DNA of 64,000 nt. It comes from a virus. A program made the position numbers and the translations under genes. Below the pieces are notes generated by a model. It saw only the letters and a list, made by a program, of their open reading frames with translations, did not search any database and was not told the DNA's origin. Positions 37,518-48,200 of this stretch are shown here, in pieces (position 1 is the first letter of the stretch; every line of letters starts with the position of its first letter). Location of the stretch: the IMG/VR virus record IMGVR_UViG_3300028925_012913, positions 5,267 through 69,266 of that record. One strand, 5' to 3'.

Positions 37518-38544
37518 TGATGGCCCTCATGCTCATTATTACATAAGGTTATCTTGGTCTAAAGTGTTCTCCTCTATAGGACACGAAGTCCAATTCTGGC
37601 ATCAAGACCAAAAACCGGCATTTGATGCTTTTGACGAATTTGAACCAGACCTGTTCATGGGTCAAAGTTATCACATTAGTGAAGCATTAATTAAATGTAT
37701 AAAGTCTAGACCACACATGAAGGTGGTAATGCGAGCCTCTGATTGGGGCGATATGCAGAAGGAAATCGACTTAGAAAAGTATCCTGTTCTTGTAGCCCAA
37801 GAAAAAGAGAAAAAGTTGATGGAACGGTTGAAGATAGAAACCGGGAAGCCGGATTTTGTTCACAATCATTACCACGATAACTGGATAAAAGTAACGCATA
37901 ACAAATGGAACGATATAGGCATAAGACCTATTTCTCTAATACACGGGGCAGATGTATTCGACTTCTCCCTTAGACCTTCAGTAGAGGCTCTTAAGTGTGA
38001 CATAGGATTTGTAGGAGGTTATTGGCCATATAAAGCTATAAACCTAGATAAATACTTGATTAATCTATGTCATCCTGTTGGGGATTATAACATTAAAATA
38101 TTTGGAACATCAGATTGGCCAGTCACTCAATACTTAGGAAGGATAGCCTCTGAGAATGTTGGGTCACTATTTGCTTCAGCAACGATCTCTCCTAATATAA
38201 GTGAACCCCATTCGCAAGATTTTGGATATGACATTATCGAGAGACCTTTTAAGATTCTTATGTCTGGTGGTTTTTGCATCTCCGACTATGTAGAATCTAT
38301 GGTAAATGATGTATTCATCAATGGCGAAATGGTCTTTGCAAAAACCCCTGAAGAATTCAAACAATTAGCAGACTACTATATTAAAAATCCTGATGAGCGT
38401 TTGAAGTATATGAAGGCTGGATATGAATCGGTTGTAAAAAACCATACATACTTCCATCGTGTTGCAAAGATATTTACCGAGTTAGGTATGGAACAAGAAG
38501 CTGATAAATGTATTAAAGTAATGAGCAGTTTATTCGAGGCATAA
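37498..38544 (+). CDS. CgeB-like GT-B glycosyltransferase
   Basis: CDIGFVGG, ISPNI, ERPFKI..SGGFCISD, HTYFHRV. Confidence 0.82.
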   Translation: MKILISSDGPHAHYYIRLSWSKVFSSIGHEVQFWHQDQKPAFDAFDEFEPDLFMGQSYHISEALIKCIKSRPHMKVVMRASDWGDMQKEIDLEKYPVLVAQEKEKKLMERLKIETGKPDFVHNHYHDNWIKVTHNKWNDIGIRPISLIHGADVFDFSLRPSVEALKCDIGFVGGYWPYKAINLDKYLINLCHPVGDYNIKIFGTSDWPVTQYLGRIASENVGSLFASATISPNISEPHSQDFGYDIIERPFKILMSGGFCISDYVESMVNDVFINGEMVFAKTPEEFKQLADYYIKNPDERLKYMKAGYESVVKNHTYFHRVAKIFTELGMEQEADKCIKVMSSLFEA

Positions 38545-38545
38545 C

Positions 38546-39475
38546 ATGACTGTACTAGTAACCGGAGCCAGTGGGTTCGTAGGTAGACATTTAATAAGAA
38601 ATCTGCATGAACACGAGCAGGTTTTTGGAGGTATTGTTTGCGTAAACAGACAACCTTTTTCATCTCCGTTTATACAGAAATCATATAGGTGTAATTTGGG
38701 AGATTCTGATAGGAGTAACGCCAGCTTCTATGGTTTGAAACATGTCATGAAACAATACAACCCTAAGTATATTTTTCATCTTGCTGGTAAAGCAACCGTT
38801 AAGATGGAAGGTGATGAGCCATTTTCGATGCTTGAAAGCAACATACTCAGCACGCAGAAAATCTGTCAATGGGCTCCGAAAGGAGCTAAGGTGGTGTTGG
38901 CTTCTTCCGTTATCGTTTACGGCGATAGAGACTCCTCAGAGTCATACATAGAAGAAGACGCTACAGATCCAACTTCAATATATGGAATGACTAAGAGAGC
39001 CTCTGAGAGTATTTTAAATTACTATACCAGCACGGGGCAAATAAGAGGTGTTTCGGCCCGTATGTGTGCGACCGTTGGGCGTGGGTTAACCCACGGGGTT
39101 GTTTATGATTTTATTAGAAAGTTGAAAAATAACCCAACTTTAGAAGCGTTAGGGTCTCATCCGGGTTCGGTTAAACCATACTGCCATGTTGACGATTTAA
39201 CTCAAGCCCTGCTGTTATTGTCTATAAGTGACGCATCTGGTGTTTATAATATAGTTCCTGATGACATGATGGATATTGAAGAAGTAGCAGAATCTGTGAT
39301 GGCAAGCCTAGAGGTTTACAAAGATATAGAATGGCTTGGTGATAAATCAAACTGGAAAGGTGACAATAAGCTAATATCTGTTGACAATACAAAAATCAAG
39401 GATTTAGGATGGAAACCTAAGTATAAATCAAAACAAGCTATCATTAAGGCTGTAAAAGATATAATCAGGTCATGA
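38546..39475 (+). CDS. NAD-dependent epimerase/dehydratase
   Basis: VTGASGFVG, ASS, YGMTK. Confidence 0.9.
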   Translation: MTVLVTGASGFVGRHLIRNLHEHEQVFGGIVCVNRQPFSSPFIQKSYRCNLGDSDRSNASFYGLKHVMKQYNPKYIFHLAGKATVKMEGDEPFSMLESNILSTQKICQWAPKGAKVVLASSVIVYGDRDSSESYIEEDATDPTSIYGMTKRASESILNYYTSTGQIRGVSARMCATVGRGLTHGVVYDFIRKLKNNPTLEALGSHPGSVKPYCHVDDLTQALLLLSISDASGVYNIVPDDMMDIEEVAESVMASLEVYKDIEWLGDKSNWKGDNKLISVDNTKIKDLGWKPKYKSKQAIIKAVKDIIRS

Positions 39476-39493
39476 TTAAACCATGGAGAAATT

Positions 39494-40426
39494 ATGAAGA
39501 TTTTAGTTACTGGAGGTGGTGGTTACGTAGGAAATGTTCTATGTCGCCAACTATTAGATAATGGATATAAAGTTAGATGTTTAGATAACTTTAGCAAAGG
39601 GCAATGTGATGCGATTATACCTTTGGCTACAAATCCTGATTTTGAATTTGTTTACGGGGATGTTACAGTAGCTGAACAGATTAACGAAGCTGTTAAAGGG
39701 TGTGATGTAATTGTTCATTTAGCTGCCATTGTCGGTTTTCCAAATTGCGCAGCTCAACCAGCCATTGCAGAAGTTGTTAATGTTCAAGGAACTATGAATG
39801 TTATAAATGCAAGAAACCTACAATCTAAAGACATTCCAATTGTTTACGCTTCTACAGGAAGTGTTTACGGAAAAGTAGAAGGCTTATGCACCGAAGACTC
39901 TCCACTGAACGCAGTATCTGAATACGGCCTGAATAAATTGGTAGCAGAGAAAATGATACGTAGTGAAGCCAACACTGTATCTTTTCGTTTTGCAACTGGA
40001 TTCGGAGTTAGCCCATCAATGCGGGTGAACCTTCTTGTAAACGACTTTGTTTATCAAGCAATCACAAATAAGATGCTTACTATCTTTCAAGCTGATTTCC
40101 GTAGAACATTTATTCATGTTAGAGATATGTCTAAAGCTTTTATCATGGGCTTTGAAAATATGGGCAATTGGAACCAAACCGTGTATAATTGTGGAGCGAA
40201 TCACCTGAACTGGACAAAGAGAGAATTAGCAGAATATGTTAAAGAACATACAGACTGCTTTGTTCATTACGAAGAAATAGGAACCGATGCTGACCAAAGG
40301 GATTATGAGGTTAGTTATAATAGCCTAGAAAATGAAGGATTTTCATGTGATGTTGATATGAAAACCGGAATACAAGAATTAATCAAAGTAGCACCCATCT
40401 TACAAATAAGACATCAATACGCATGA
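39494..40426 (+). CDS. NAD-dependent epimerase/dehydratase
   Basis: VTGGGGYVG, HLAAIVG, AST, YGLNK, RFATGFG. Confidence 0.9.
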   Translation: MKILVTGGGGYVGNVLCRQLLDNGYKVRCLDNFSKGQCDAIIPLATNPDFEFVYGDVTVAEQINEAVKGCDVIVHLAAIVGFPNCAAQPAIAEVVNVQGTMNVINARNLQSKDIPIVYASTGSVYGKVEGLCTEDSPLNAVSEYGLNKLVAEKMIRSEANTVSFRFATGFGVSPSMRVNLLVNDFVYQAITNKMLTIFQADFRRTFIHVRDMSKAFIMGFENMGNWNQTVYNCGANHLNWTKRELAEYVKEHTDCFVHYEEIGTDADQRDYEVSYNSLENEGFSCDVDMKTGIQELIKVAPILQIRHQYA

Positions 40427-41376
40427 TAGACTTAAAAAACAAAAAAGTGTTAGTTACTGGAAGTCAGGGGTTCCTAGGTTCTGCTATCTGTAAGAAGATA
40501 GAAGAAAAAGGTGGAATACCGATACTAGTTAAAAGTGAAGAAGTAAACCTACATCATGTAGAAGCAATTATACATTTCTTGACTGCTTCTAAGCCAGACT
40601 ACTGTATTCATTCTGCTGGCTATAACGGAGGAATTGAATTCAATAGAATGTATCCCGCAGATATATTATATTCAAATACTATAATGGGATTAAATCTTCA
40701 TTATGCCTGTCAATACGTAGGTGTTAAAAAGATGGTATCTATAATGACCTCTTGCGCTTATCCAGACACGGGTATGGATTTATTAAAAGAAGAGACCTTC
40801 TGGGAGGGTCAACCGAATAAAACTATTAGGGCACACGGAATAGCAAAGAGAACACTACAAACCGCAGCAGAAGCTTACAATGAGCAATACGGACTTAACG
40901 CCGTAACAGTTTGTGTTACCAACCTGTATGGCCCAAATGACACCTTTAATCTTATTAGAACAAAAGTTGTCGGAGCTTTAGTAAAGAAATTTGTTGAAGC
41001 AATGCAAGAGGGCGAAGATAGCGTAGAGTGTTGGGGGACTGGTGACCCAATGAGAGAGTTTATGTATGTGGACGATGCTGCCGAAGCGATCATTCAAGCT
41101 TTACAGAAATACGATGATCATAGCCAACCACTTAATATAGGTACGGGGAAAGATATATCTATTAAAGAACTGGTAGAATATATATCTAAGTCTATTGGTT
41201 ATCAAGGTAATATACACTGGAATACAGACAAGCCTGACGGACAACTTAAAAAATTACTAGACACAACAAGAATGCAGGAGTATATTGATATTACTCCTAT
41301 AGATATAGAAGACGGTATTAAAGCAACTGTAGAATGGTACATAGAGCACAAAAAATATGCCGACAGTAAAAAATAA
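40423..41376 (+). CDS. GDP-sugar epimerase/reductase (Fcl-like)
   Basis: GGIEFNRMYPA, TSCAYP, TNLYGPND, WGTGDPMREFMYVDD, KPDGQ. Confidence 0.85.
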   Translation: MIDLKNKKVLVTGSQGFLGSAICKKIEEKGGIPILVKSEEVNLHHVEAIIHFLTASKPDYCIHSAGYNGGIEFNRMYPADILYSNTIMGLNLHYACQYVGVKKMVSIMTSCAYPDTGMDLLKEETFWEGQPNKTIRAHGIAKRTLQTAAEAYNEQYGLNAVTVCVTNLYGPNDTFNLIRTKVVGALVKKFVEAMQEGEDSVECWGTGDPMREFMYVDDAAEAIIQALQKYDDHSQPLNIGTGKDISIKELVEYISKSIGYQGNIHWNTDKPDGQLKKLLDTTRMQEYIDITPIDIEDGIKATVEWYIEHKKYADSKK

Positions 41377-41836
41377 GCAAATAGGATTCTTGGTTAATGA
41401 AACTAGTTCTAGCCAAATGTCCTTTTTCTTAATAAAAAATATAAATGAATATCTTGATGATACAAACGATGACTTTGTTTTGTTTTTTGAAAACTCGGCA
41501 GCGAGTGTTTTAAATCCAAATTTTGCAACAATGTCATTTAATGAGATATGGAGTTTTGATGGAGTTATAATCTCAACTAGTATTTCAACAACCTTATCAC
41601 TGATTAAATCTTTTTCTCCTGTGAAGAAGTTTTTCTATGTGTGGGATTTGGAATGGATGAGACGAGACCATAAAGACTTCGAACAGTCAGTTCAAGCTTT
41701 TATTAATCCTTCGGTGGAATTAATTGCTAGGAGTGAAGAACACGCAAAAGCAATAGAAAACTATTGCAACAGAAAAGTAAAACATATAGTAAACGACTTT
41801 AACATAGAAAATATAGTAAGGATCACAAATGAGTAG
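41357..41836 (+). CDS. Hypothetical protein, possible GT N-terminal fragment
   Basis: FFYVWDLEW, IARSEEH; glycan-locus context. Confidence 0.5.
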   Translation: MPTVKNKQIGFLVNETSSSQMSFFLIKNINEYLDDTNDDFVLFFENSAASVLNPNFATMSFNEIWSFDGVIISTSISTTLSLIKSFSPVKKFFYVWDLEWMRRDHKDFEQSVQAFINPSVELIARSEEHAKAIENYCNRKVKHIVNDFNIENIVRITNE

Positions 41837-42617
41837 TGCATTTATTAACAAGCATAAAGAATATATCATCTTGCAATATACCGACAAGAAAAAGAGCACT
41901 TATGAAATTGCTCAGGAATTAAAAACCTATCCGAATAAAATTCGACGGGCTTTAAATACTCTTGGAGTTCCGCTTCGGGATAAGAGTTCCGCACAAACTG
42001 TAGCTATTGAAAGCGGTAGACATGAGCATCCAACGAGAGGTAAGAAAAGGACAAATGCCGAAAAGATAGCTATCAGTAACGGCATGGCGACTTACTGGGA
42101 TAACATGGAAGAAGACGAAAGAGAACGAAGAGCAGCCATGTCTAAGAAGCAATGGGACGAAATGTCCGACGAGGATAAAGCGAATCTTCGTAAACTAGCT
42201 GCTGAAGCTGTTCGAAAAACCAGTAAAGAAGGCTCAAAGATTGAAAAATTTATTTATAGGGGCTTGACCGAATCCGGATATGATACTATATTTCACAAAA
42301 GAGGTTTGGTTCCTAACGAGAAGTTAGAAATTGACTTGTTTGTCCCGTCTATCAATACGGCAATTGAAATTGATGGACCAGCTCACTTCTTGCCAATTTG
42401 GGGTCAAGAGAGTCTTCAGAGAAATATTAGGTCTGACGCTCAAAAGGCTGGTTTATTAATAACTAGAGGTTTTGTTATTTTACGGGTTAAAAACATTATC
42501 CGTAATCTATCCCAAAAGAACATGCGAGACACCTTAGCTGCTATCTTGATAGAGTTGGACAAAATTAAAGAAAACTTTCCTCCAGCAACAAAAAGATTAA
42601 TTGAAATAGAGGCATAA
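41829..42617 (+). CDS. HTH plus NUMOD3-like plus Vsr/DUF559-type endonuclease (homing-endonuclease-like)
   Basis: STYEIAQEL..IRRAL HTH; RGKKRT..KIAIS; EIDLFVP..AIEIDGPAH. Confidence 0.7.
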   Translation: MSSAFINKHKEYIILQYTDKKKSTYEIAQELKTYPNKIRRALNTLGVPLRDKSSAQTVAIESGRHEHPTRGKKRTNAEKIAISNGMATYWDNMEEDERERRAAMSKKQWDEMSDEDKANLRKLAAEAVRKTSKEGSKIEKFIYRGLTESGYDTIFHKRGLVPNEKLEIDLFVPSINTAIEIDGPAHFLPIWGQESLQRNIRSDAQKAGLLITRGFVILRVKNIIRNLSQKNMRDTLAAILIELDKIKENFPPATKRLIEIEA

Positions 42618-43543
42618 TGAATTACAACGATAATAGCATTAAAGAGCTAAAAACAATATTGGAAGAATATAATTGCGCTATTCCGTCCGGCGCAAAGAAA
42701 AAAGATTTGGTTGAACTAGTGGAGGCTATCATGGCTAAAGATGAAGATTTTGTAACAATGCAGGTTAATATTGAAGATGACATTTTTGAGGACATGGTTG
42801 AAGAAAACCAAGAAGATGTCACAGTCATAAAAGAAATCGCTGGACAAATAGAAGAAGAAAAACCTTCTATGTTTAGTGACGAATGGATTGATTATGTCAT
42901 GGGTCATTTTAAAAAGAATGAACTGATCGATGGTAATCCCATTTGTGCTGGACTACGGAGAGTAGCTGAGTTATTATTAGGAGACATCATTGAGTCTGGC
43001 CCTGAAACGGTATTTCCATCTACAGATGGTTTATCTCCGGGTCGTGCCACTGTAGTTTTTAAAGTAGTGTTTAACTGGATGAATTCAGGCGAGAACAGAA
43101 TCTTTAAAGAAGTAGCTGATGTTTGGCATGGAAACACAGATGACTTATTTTGCGCACACCCAGCAGCCACAGCAAGTACTAGAGCAGAAGGTCGAGCTTT
43201 ACGCAAAGCCTTGAAGCTTCGATGTCTTGCTGCGGAGGAACTGGCGAAGAAAGACATTGTTAGTATTGTTAAAGATTCTATCAAAAAAGCACCAGCTTCT
43301 GGTGAATATGAATCTAACACAAAAATTAGCAGTCAACAAATCCAATTTATTGATAATAAATGCGGTCAGCTAGATATTGACGCTTTTGCTTTTATAAATA
43401 TGGGAAATAGTTCTTTTGCTAACGTTGGCGAAGTTACGAGAGATAGTGCTAAGAAAATGATTAAGGTTCTTAACACTTATCAAAACGATGGCGGGATAAT
43501 TCCCGAAAATATTAAAGGTCACAAGACTAATTGGAGAGAATGA
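42617..43543 (+). CDS. HeH/SAP-domain protein, possible single-strand annealing protein
   Basis: IKELKTIL..IPSGAKKKDLVELV; ASTRAEGRALRKAL helix. Confidence 0.5.
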   Translation: MNYNDNSIKELKTILEEYNCAIPSGAKKKDLVELVEAIMAKDEDFVTMQVNIEDDIFEDMVEENQEDVTVIKEIAGQIEEEKPSMFSDEWIDYVMGHFKKNELIDGNPICAGLRRVAELLLGDIIESGPETVFPSTDGLSPGRATVVFKVVFNWMNSGENRIFKEVADVWHGNTDDLFCAHPAATASTRAEGRALRKALKLRCLAAEELAKKDIVSIVKDSIKKAPASGEYESNTKISSQQIQFIDNKCGQLDIDAFAFINMGNSSFANVGEVTRDSAKKMIKVLNTYQNDGGIIPENIKGHKTNWRE

Positions 43544-43872
43544 TGAAGATTACTTATACGGTTGGTAGTATTACTTTAGAAATCGATGCAGACACGCAGG
43601 TTGAAGTTTTTCAACAGCTTGCTAGTTTTCAAGAAATCTTTGCAGAAACCAAGTGTGGTAAATGCGGCAGTGAGAACATACGCTATCAAGTTAGAAATGT
43701 AGACGAGAATCTATATTACGAAGCTCGATGTGCAGACTGCGGGGCTAAATTAGCCTGTGGAGCTATGAAGAAGGGTGGAAGACTATTCCCTCGACGTAAA
43801 GACAAGGATGGTAACTGGCTTCCTGATGGTGGATGGGTTAAATGGAACCCTGAAACTAAGAAGGAAGAATAG
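43540..43872 (+). CDS. Zinc-ribbon hypothetical protein
   Basis: CGKC...CADC. Confidence 0.65.
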   Translation: MMKITYTVGSITLEIDADTQVEVFQQLASFQEIFAETKCGKCGSENIRYQVRNVDENLYYEARCADCGAKLACGAMKKGGRLFPRRKDKDGNWLPDGGWVKWNPETKKEE

Positions 43873-43881
43873 TAAGGATGT

Positions 43882-43918
43882 AAAAAAACCCTCGTCAAGT
43901 GATTGGCGAGGGTTTTTT
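43882..43918. terminator. Bidirectional rho-independent terminator between convergent gene blocks
   Basis: AAAAAAACCCTCGTCAA-GTGA-TTGGCGAGGGTTTTTT; A tract before and T tract after. Confidence 0.9.
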
Positions 43919-43947
43919 ATTTGTCTTGAAACAGCACAGATTGTGGT

Positions 43948-44658
43948 TTATAGGTACTCTAATTCTACATAGAGACCATATTGGGTTTTACTTCCAATGC
44001 TGTCAGGAGAAGCCGTGAGGCCCACATACCAGTCATGCTGAGTGTATTGACCCGTATTCGCAGAACCATTACCAGCATAGTAGCCACTTGGTCCCGGCGA
44101 TTGAGCAAGCGGTACAAAGATACCACTTCCGCCTACAGTATTAGTACCAGTAGGAAGCCTGTTACTAGGGTTAGAAGACCCAGCATAAGTACCCTGAGCA
44201 TCTGAACCATCGTGAGTAGCACTTCCCCACCAAGTAGTGTCTCCAGAACCTTCTACTGAATAAGAATTAGATGGATGTAGCAACTCTGCTACTCTAGTAA
44301 TAACACCACTAGCAGCATAATCTTTGTTAGTTCTGTCAAATATTCGAAGTTTACAGTTCTGAGTTCTAACAGCTGAAACGTTAGTAAACCTGACATTTAA
44401 ACTAGCTTTTTCATTTGGGATATATTTCAAACCTGTTGCAGGAACGATTCCCGCAGCAAAAGCTTTAGTGTCTGTTGAATATTTAACGTTATTTCCAGCA
44501 CCACCGTTAGTACTACCATTACCATTGGTAATATATGTAGTATCTTGGAAACTGTTTAATTGTACCGATTGGCCAAAAGAACCACCAAAAAAACCTAATC
44601 CAGAACCAGATAGGTTATTTATAGCAGTACTTCCAGCAAAGAAACTTATTGAGGCCAT
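43948..44658 (-). CDS. Probable virion structural protein (Gly/Ser-rich)
   Basis: 236 aa, AAGGAG SD, preceded by promoter motif, C-terminal LYVELEYL. Confidence 0.65.
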   Translation of the reverse strand: MASISFFAGSTAINNLSGSGLGFFGGSFGQSVQLNSFQDTTYITNGNGSTNGGAGNNVKYSTDTKAFAAGIVPATGLKYIPNEKASLNVRFTNVSAVRTQNCKLRIFDRTNKDYAASGVITRVAELLHPSNSYSVEGSGDTTWWGSATHDGSDAQGTYAGSSNPSNRLPTGTNTVGGSGIFVPLAQSPGPSGYYAGNGSANTGQYTQHDWYVGLTASPDSIGSKTQYGLYVELEYL

Positions 44659-44689
44659 GTTTTAATCTCCTTAGAGCTTTTTTCTATTA

Positions 44690-44699
44690 TATTATACAC
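44690..44699 (-). promoter_or_regulatory. GTGTATAATA putative phage promoter motif (minus strand)
   Basis: Plus strand reads TATTATACAC, 31 nt upstream of the 44658 start. Confidence 0.65.
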
Positions 44700-44701
44700 C
44701 A

Positions 44702-45265
44702 TTAGTCAAAAAAGCCTTTTGTTTTCGTAATTTCTTGTTGTCCATTCTTATATGGAAACATTTTATTAATCTTACGCTGTCTTTCGCTGCATCCACAATC
44801 TTTATTAAATGCATCAAATACAGTTTTAACAACTTTCTTAACTCCGGTTACTTTATTAAACTTAGCGAACGTATCCCCTAAACCTCTAGACCGTAAAGGT
44901 ATTTCAGGGTCTCCCATAAAGAACTTCTGCTCTTTATCTTCTGCTTCCTCTTTTGTGATCGTAACAGACCTGTCAAAACCACCTTGTGTTATTATATCCT
45001 GCATTGGTCCTTCTCCAGATTCCCACATGTCAAAATAAGATTGCTTGTATTTACATAAACCATGTAGAGATTTACTCTTAATACATTTATGTCTATTACA
45101 AACTAGACTCTCTTGACCTTCTTCAATTTTGCATTCACAAGGCGTGACAGCAGGAAACTTTTTATTAGAAGATGAAGCCATATTAAAAACCTGTGGCTTT
45201 TTCCTCTTTGGATATTGCTCCTCTAAAAAATTACTGTCGTCTTGTTCCTCGAAAAAACCCTTCAT
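44702..45265 (-). CDS. Hypothetical Cys-containing phage protein
   Basis: CEC..CNRHKC..HGLC and RGLGDT..TGVKKVV..DCGCSERQRKIN motifs. Confidence 0.7.
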   Translation of the reverse strand: MKGFFEEQDDSNFLEEQYPKRKKPQVFNMASSSNKKFPAVTPCECKIEEGQESLVCNRHKCIKSKSLHGLCKYKQSYFDMWESGEGPMQDIITQGGFDRSVTITKEEAEDKEQKFFMGDPEIPLRSRGLGDTFAKFNKVTGVKKVVKTVFDAFNKDCGCSERQRKINKMFPYKNGQQEITKTKGFFD

Positions 45266-45266
45266 T

Positions 45267-48200
45267 TTATTCTCCTTCTTCTACTACAGTTTCATGTATG
45301 TTGCAATGAATTACTGAATTTCCTGATATTCCAAATGCCAACTCTAAGTCTTCAAACACAGGCCCGTCATAATGATCTGGGTAACAATTATCAGAACATT
45401 CATGATAACTCATAGGGCCTCTTGAGTTACAGCATATTTGTGGGAAATCTAGCCAGAAGTCTAAATTAACAGGCTTGTCACTATTATGATCCCTGCAATT
45501 ATTTTCTGGAGCTGGAGTTCCAACAATAACATCAAATGCTCCACCATGCCTAGTCCAATAGGAATATGGATCATCCCAAAAAGCCTCATTAAGCCCACCT
45601 TCTTCTTTACCTTCATCTCTGTCTAGATATGTAGTATATGCTTTTTTGTCTTTATCTGACATATCCAAATCTTCTACTTCTGTGATATGTATAACCCCTT
45701 TCCATTTTCTTTTTGTTATACCCCAATGATAAATAGATGCAGGCCAACTGGGATTGTGGGTATCAAGATCGGGGTTATGGTCGTGATATGCCAACTCCAT
45801 ATTTTTACTAGTATTTTTAGTGGATGTTGGTGACAGACTAAGTACGCTAGGAGTGTTAAAGTAAACGTCATAAAGAACCACACCTTTTACCTTAATTTCT
45901 AACGATTTCGTAAGATCTTCGGTCAGCACTAAGCATTCTTTAGGATCGTAGTCAAGATCACTCCCGTCAAATATTAGAAACTTCTCGCCCTGTCCTGCCG
46001 CCGAGCTCGAAGCAATGCATTTAAAATTTGGTACTAGTTGACCGTCAGCGGATAAACAATCTTCAGTTTCGTTTACAGTTAAGACTGAATCACTCCGTTT
46101 TTGTATTTTTCCAGTAAGTTTATCTTTACAACCTATGTATACTTGTTCAGTTATGCATTCTTCAGACTCTTTACACTTTTTCGTTGCATCTATGTATTCT
46201 TTATGTTGTTCCATGAGAATGTCATCACTTCTATTTCCAAATATTGAATCTATGCCAAAAAGAATATCACCATATCCATATTTAGCATCCTTGCTTAAAA
46301 GGTAGTTTTCAAATTTTGAGGAATTGTCTGTAATGCCTTCATCATTAATAGTGATGTGAGTTTCATCAGATATTACAAATCCTGTTTTTAATCCGTAAAA
46401 ATCTAAAAGTCTAGCATCTCTCGTTTCATTAAGAACGCGTTCGTTGAGACGTTTAAGGCTATATAAATCCATCTCTATATTTCCGGAAACTATATGGCTT
46501 CCATCTATAGGGCTTAATGGACATCCTACTAGCTCTCCTTCTTCATCTATAATACAATCACTACATTCTCCTTCAGGACTGTCATCTGTCATTGGACTAC
46601 ATGCGTTCTCTGAGTAGAAACTTCTTAATTGACATCCTATAGGACATCCATCCTCAAAATCTTTCTCTCTTCTTTCTAGATCTTTAGGTTTATCATTGTT
46701 AGGGTCTACATAAACGTTACTAAAGGTACTGGTGTTATGTTCACCGAAGTTTACCATGTCATCATTTCTAATACCGATTATCCATTTTCCACCAAAAGCT
46801 TCACATAAAGTTTTATCTCCGTCTGGATAATCGTTTATGACTTGAACCCATTTTCCATTTTGTTCTGTACATTCATTAATATTTAAACCTTTTCCTGAGC
46901 CGTCATCGATGTCACAATATCCCATTCGTGACCCTTTGCATGTAGCTCTATAAGAAATGGTAGAACTGATAAGTAGTTTTTCATTTGCTTCAAAATCTTT
47001 AAAGTCATTGTTTGTGTCAACATGAGTGAATAGGAAGTCAGGAAGCCATACGTATCCACTATCAATGCATATGTTTTTTGGATTTACTTCTCCTGACAAC
47101 GAATCCGGAAGGTTTGGATTACCAACACAATACCCATTACCGTGACCGCCCAAGTCCTTGTAGTAATTTCTAAACCCTGTTATCTTAAGGGCTTTTTTCT
47201 TACCAAACTCTAAGCTGTTTTCTATAGACCATCTAACTCCAGACCTTCCGGGATCATCAATATCACCCATTGTTCTAAGGCTTTCTAGATTATTCGAAAG
47301 AACTTTTCCTTTTGGCCACATCTCACTCTTAGAAGTACCTGACCGAGTTTGTGTTCCAACTGGATAAGGGTTTATTCCAAAGGGGTGTGGCAGTAACTTA
47401 TTAGATTCTTTTTTACTAAATGAAGGCGCTTCTATCCACTTACCTCCACATGTATCTACTGAACTTTGCTCTCTGTCAATCTCGCCTTCACAAGTTGCTT
47501 TATTTGGACATTCGAGAGATCGTTGCCAATAGCCAGTAGGGCCGAATTCATCATCACAAGATTGTTGAGTATGTGTTTTTCCAGTTAGAAAGTGAGATTT
47601 GACAAGATGGGCTGACTCGTAACCATCCGATCCATCATACCCTTTTTTCCAACACCCCTCTTCAATTTTAGTATCACATTTGTCCTTAGAAATATCTCTC
47701 CCAAATTCAATATCACCGTATTTTAAATGTCTATTCTTTCGTGGATTCTTAGTAATAAACTGAGTTACATCATCAACTTCAATTAACATATACTCATTAC
47801 GGTCATCAATCTTCCTGCCTTCACTTGCTCCAAATTCACTAAGAACAGATTCTCCGTCTTTTATAGGACTCTTTAAAACAGTTCCTCGTAAATATGGGTT
47901 CTTGGGTTTGTTATTTCTAGAAGAACTCCCTAAAGTGTCAGACTCTGCATCTTGTAAATCAGCCAAGCCAACACTAATAGTAGTTCCAGCCGAATAAGAA
48001 CAATGACGACCATTTCCCGTAAATGGATAAGCATTAACTACAAGAGTTCCTTCTCCTGTCTTATGATTAACATCGATTATGTCATAAACAGTAAAAGTCT
48101 CGGATTGTTTTTGAGGCGTTGGATCAAAACCTATAGTTTGACATTTATGAGCTATGTCTCCACCTGTAGAACAAGCAACTGCTCCACTCCATAAAGGTCC

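Noticed and set aside
40181-40190. Further copy of the promoter motif (GTGTATAATT)
   Set aside because: 9/10 match inside a coding region and preceded by C; may be chance
23257-41836. DNA hypermodification pathway (dNMP kinase plus glycosyltransferases)
   Set aside because: No hydroxymethylase, TET/JBP, dCMP deaminase or preQ0 genes in this window; it cannot be excluded genome-wide, so it is kept only as an alternative
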